A stretch of DNA of 34,714 nt from Callorhinchus milii (Eukaryota). Shown here one piece after another: positions 30,396-34,714 of the stretch (its first letter is position 1; each line of letters opens with the position of its first letter). Under the pieces are notes generated by a model. It was not told the DNA's origin and did not search any database. It saw nothing but the letters and a program-made list of their open reading frames with translations. The translations under genes were made by a program, and so were the position numbers. Location: positions 1-34,714 of the forward strand of contig NW_024705556.1 in assembly GCF_018977255.1 (NCBI RefSeq), in the 5' to 3' direction.

Positions 30396-30984
30396 GCGAC
30401 CGTGTGTGGTGGGGGGCGGGCGGCGGTGGGGGTGTGGGGTGGGGGGGGAAAAAAAAAAGCACACGGCAGACTTTACTGCGTCACGAGGTGGAATAACTCT
30501 TTCCTCGCCGACTCTCTGAGCGCCGAACACAAGTCCGCCCACAGCGCATGTGGGCAGCGTATGTGTGTGTGTGTGAACCGGTTTTGTAATCACAAGGGGG
30601 ATGGCACTGGTGACTGCTGTGGGTTTTTAAAGGGCTCCGGTTACGTAATCTGACCAGTTTGTCTCCCGAGGGCGTCAGAATCCTTTTGGGAGTGGGGTGG
30701 GAGGGGGGTTGGGGTGGGCAGGCGAGGGGGAGAGAGGGATGGAGAGGGGGGAGGGAGAGAAAGTGCGAGACGGGGAAGAAAGAGGGAAAAGAACTGAGAG
30801 AAAGAGTGAGATGGGGGAGAAAGATGGGTAGGGAGAGCAGAACGAGGGGAGGAAGAGCTGGGGGGGGGGGGGAGAAAGAGAACGAGGAGGGAGAGAGAGG
30901 GAGAGAGAGAGAGAGAGAGAAAGGGGGAGAAGTGAGCGAGCGAGAATGCCGACCTGTCTATTTCGGGATCGTTTTCGGGATCGG

Positions 30985-31490
30985 GGGCAATAACAGACCC
31001 TAATAATTCGGTCCCTTTCAACCCACCGCTGTCTGTGGGGACGTCGCTGGGTGCGAGCGGCTGCCGCGTTTCGCCCACAAAACACACGGCCACTCCGCTT
31101 TACGGCGCGGCCCGTGAAGCGCTTTGAGACGTCTTGTAGACGCGATGAGGTTCCGGGTCAAACGCCAGTATTATTATAATTATTATTATTATTATTATTA
31201 TCATCATCAAAAGAGGAGGGTTTAAAGAGTCGGGAGAAATGAAGCGCTTTACGATTCAGGTCGTTGCCCCTTTGACCGACGTGTCTCTGCCCGCAATAAT
31301 AATAGTAATAATACTCCTCGCATTTGACCCGGCGCCTCGTCGCGTCTGCGAGACGTCTCAGAAGCGCTTCACGGGACGCGCTGTAAAGTGCAGTGACTGT
31401 GCATTCAGAGGGCGAAACTCAGCACCCGCCGGGGAATCGAACCCGCAACCTCTCGCTTGCGAGGCGAGGGGCCTGACCCCCGAGCTGCTC
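30985..31490. mobile_element. Two tail-to-tail SINE fragments (30985-31200 +, 31295-31490 -)
   Basis: Shared tail motif in both orientations. Confidence 0.75.
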
Positions 31491-31694
31491 CGTAAAGTGG
31501 GCACTGGCCGCCCAAATAAAAACCCCGACTGATGCAACTCATCCCGTCCGGCCCTTTTTCCTGTGCCAGGCTCCGAATCAGCATTCCGACTCCGGCAAAC
31601 AGGAAGCGCGAGAACCACATGCAATTAGTTTCCTTCCCTCTTCCCCTCCCCATCGATGGCTGATCCTTCACCCAGAACCTTTGGGAACCACCAC

Positions 31695-32062
31695 ACCCCC
31701 CCTCTCTCTCTCTTTCTTTCTCTCTCCCCCCAGCCCCCACCCCATCTCTCTCTCCAGCCTCCCCCTTCTCTCTCCCCATCCTTCCCCTCCCCTCTCTCCC
31801 CAACCTCCTCCTCCCTCTCTCTCTCCCCAACCTCCTCCTCCCTCTCTCTCTCCCAGCCCCCCCCCCTCTCTCCCCAACCTCTCCTCCTCTCTCTCTCCCC
31901 AGCACCCCACCCTCTCTCTCCCCAGCACCCACCCCTCTCTCTCCCCAGCCCCACCCCTCTCTCCCCAGCCCCCACCCCTCTCTCCCCAGCCCCCACCCTC
32001 TCTCCCAGCCCCCCCACCCCTCTCTCCCCAGCCTCCCCCTCCTCTCTCTCGCTCCCCAGCCT
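31695..32062. repeat. C/T-rich low-complexity repeat (CTCTCTCCCCAGCCCCCACC-like)
   Basis: Read directly from the sequence. Confidence 0.9.
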
Positions 32063-32789
32063 CGCATTAAAATAATCTGCCCCCGCACAGTGTTATGCAG
32101 ATCATCTCGGGAGCTGTGGATGAGCTGTCGACGACACTGTCTGGTTGAACTGAGCAATACACACGGCTACAAGACGACTCTCTGGAGTTAGGTAAGCAAA
32201 GTGCGTCCCTCCGGGGGGGTGGGGGGGGCGTCGGAAAAGAGAGAGAGAGAGAGAGAGAGCGAGCGCATTCCATCCCGACCATCTATCTCTGGGATTGCCG
32301 TGTGGGTTGGGAGGCCTGGAATTCTCAGTTGGATTTTGGAGACTCTTAAGCCACGATGACGGGTTTCCGCGCGTGTCACCCGACACAGAAACCCAGGCAA
32401 AAAAAAAGGGGGAGACGGGGTTGGGGCGGGGGGGCGGTGGGGTGGGGAGGAGAGGAGATTTCCTTTAACCGCTCTGCACGCAGAGCTCGGAATATGTTGA
32501 TTGATTCAACGAGCGAGTTTTCAGCTGTGCTGAAACTCTCTGTACCACTGCATCCTCTGCCTCCTTTTTCTCTCTTCCTCCCTCCCTCCCTCCCTCCCTC
32601 CCGCCCGCCCGGCTCACTGTACCCCCTCCTTCCTCCGCGCTGCCCCAACCCTGCTCGGGAATCGAACCCGGGTCCTCTCGCTTGCGAGCCGAGGGGGGTG
32701 GGGGGTGGGGGGGTGGGGGTCTCACGCAGACTGAGCTGCAAGGAAATCGTTGGGCGAAGAGCGAGCTCGTCGATGTGAAAGCGGGGAGA

Positions 32790-33050
32790 GCAACAAAGCC
32801 CTGCGCTTGACACAGCTCCTTCTCACGTCCCCCCCGAGACGCCTCAAAAGCGCTTCCGCAAAGCGAATGGACTGTATAATAATAATAATAATAATAATAA
32901 TCCTCGCGTTTGATATAGCGCTTTTCACGTCGGGAGGACGTCCCAAAGCGCTTCACGGAACACACCGCAAAGTGAATTGACTGTACATGTGTGGGCGAAA
33001 CTCGGCAGCCGATTGCGCACAGCGACGTCCCCCACAAACAGTCGTGGATT
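32790..33050 (-). mobile_element. Two stacked SINE tails
   Basis: Reverse-strand tail motif occurs twice, separated by (TAA)n. Confidence 0.75.
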
Positions 33051-33113
33051 GCGTGTGTTTTTTTGACAGCGGAATCAGACGAACAGCTCTCAGGGAATCC
33101 TTATGTGTGCGTG

Positions 33114-33148
<35 letters not shown>

Positions 33149-33469
33149 CCACCCCAAACACATGCAGGTCAACAGATGAGTCACACTCTGACGTTAACAC
33201 ACTGGGACAGTATAGACACACAGATACACAGGCGCGTACAGACACACACCACCCCCCCACCCCCCCCCAAACTTCATTCCAATTGTGCCCTTCCCGTTCA
33301 ATACACGTCTGAAAGCTTCAGATCACATCCAAGCTCGACTACACCAACTATCTAACGAACCAACTCCCTTCCCCGCTTGTCGGCCTCCCCGATACAATCC
33401 AAAACACACAGCCAATTCGTTGCGTAGTGGATTTTGTGAAGCGGTTCGAGACGTCTCGAGGACGCGATT

Positions 33470-34460
<991 letters not shown>

Positions 34461-34714
34461 GAGAGAGAGAGAGAGAGAGAAAGAGAGCGACTGAGCCAGA
34501 CCGACACACACACATAGCGACTGAGCCCATAAAACTTCAAACAGGAGCCTTCGACAAACCCACAAACCATTGCGTTCTTAGCTTCTAAACTCCCGATTCT
34601 CGGAGAGTCGCCGTCGACTGAAGATCCGAACAAGAAACCGCAAAAAAAAAAACGCACAGCTTCTTTTTTCCTTGGAAACGTCTGCCGTTTCGATCCGGCG
34701 AAGGCACGGCCGCG

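Overview
Eukaryotic, GC-rich, repeat-dense vertebrate genomic DNA. The SINE, CR1 and L2 content suggests a cartilaginous fish; this is an inference. The window carries three spliced genes in the same order as human 19p13. MRI1 has 6 exons on + (1936-5860) and an apparent 1-nt frameshift in exon 2. C19orf53 has 3 exons on + (8015-12322). ZSWIM4 is represented by its 5' end only: exon 1 is on + (22567-22755) but exon 2 is on the MINUS strand (34004-33803). Each of the three promoters is built from tandemly amplified transcription-factor-site units: E-box/GC-box plus DMRT-like sites at MRI1, NR5A/ERR-like plus ZNF143-like sites at C19orf53, and CCAAT/GC-box units at ZSWIM4. The rest is mostly tRNA-derived SINEs (two families sharing an L2-type tail), L2 and CR1 remnants, and micro/minisatellites. 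Exon boundaries were read base by base; repeat boundaries are approximate. Homology calls rest on recalled protein and repeat sequences, not on database searches.
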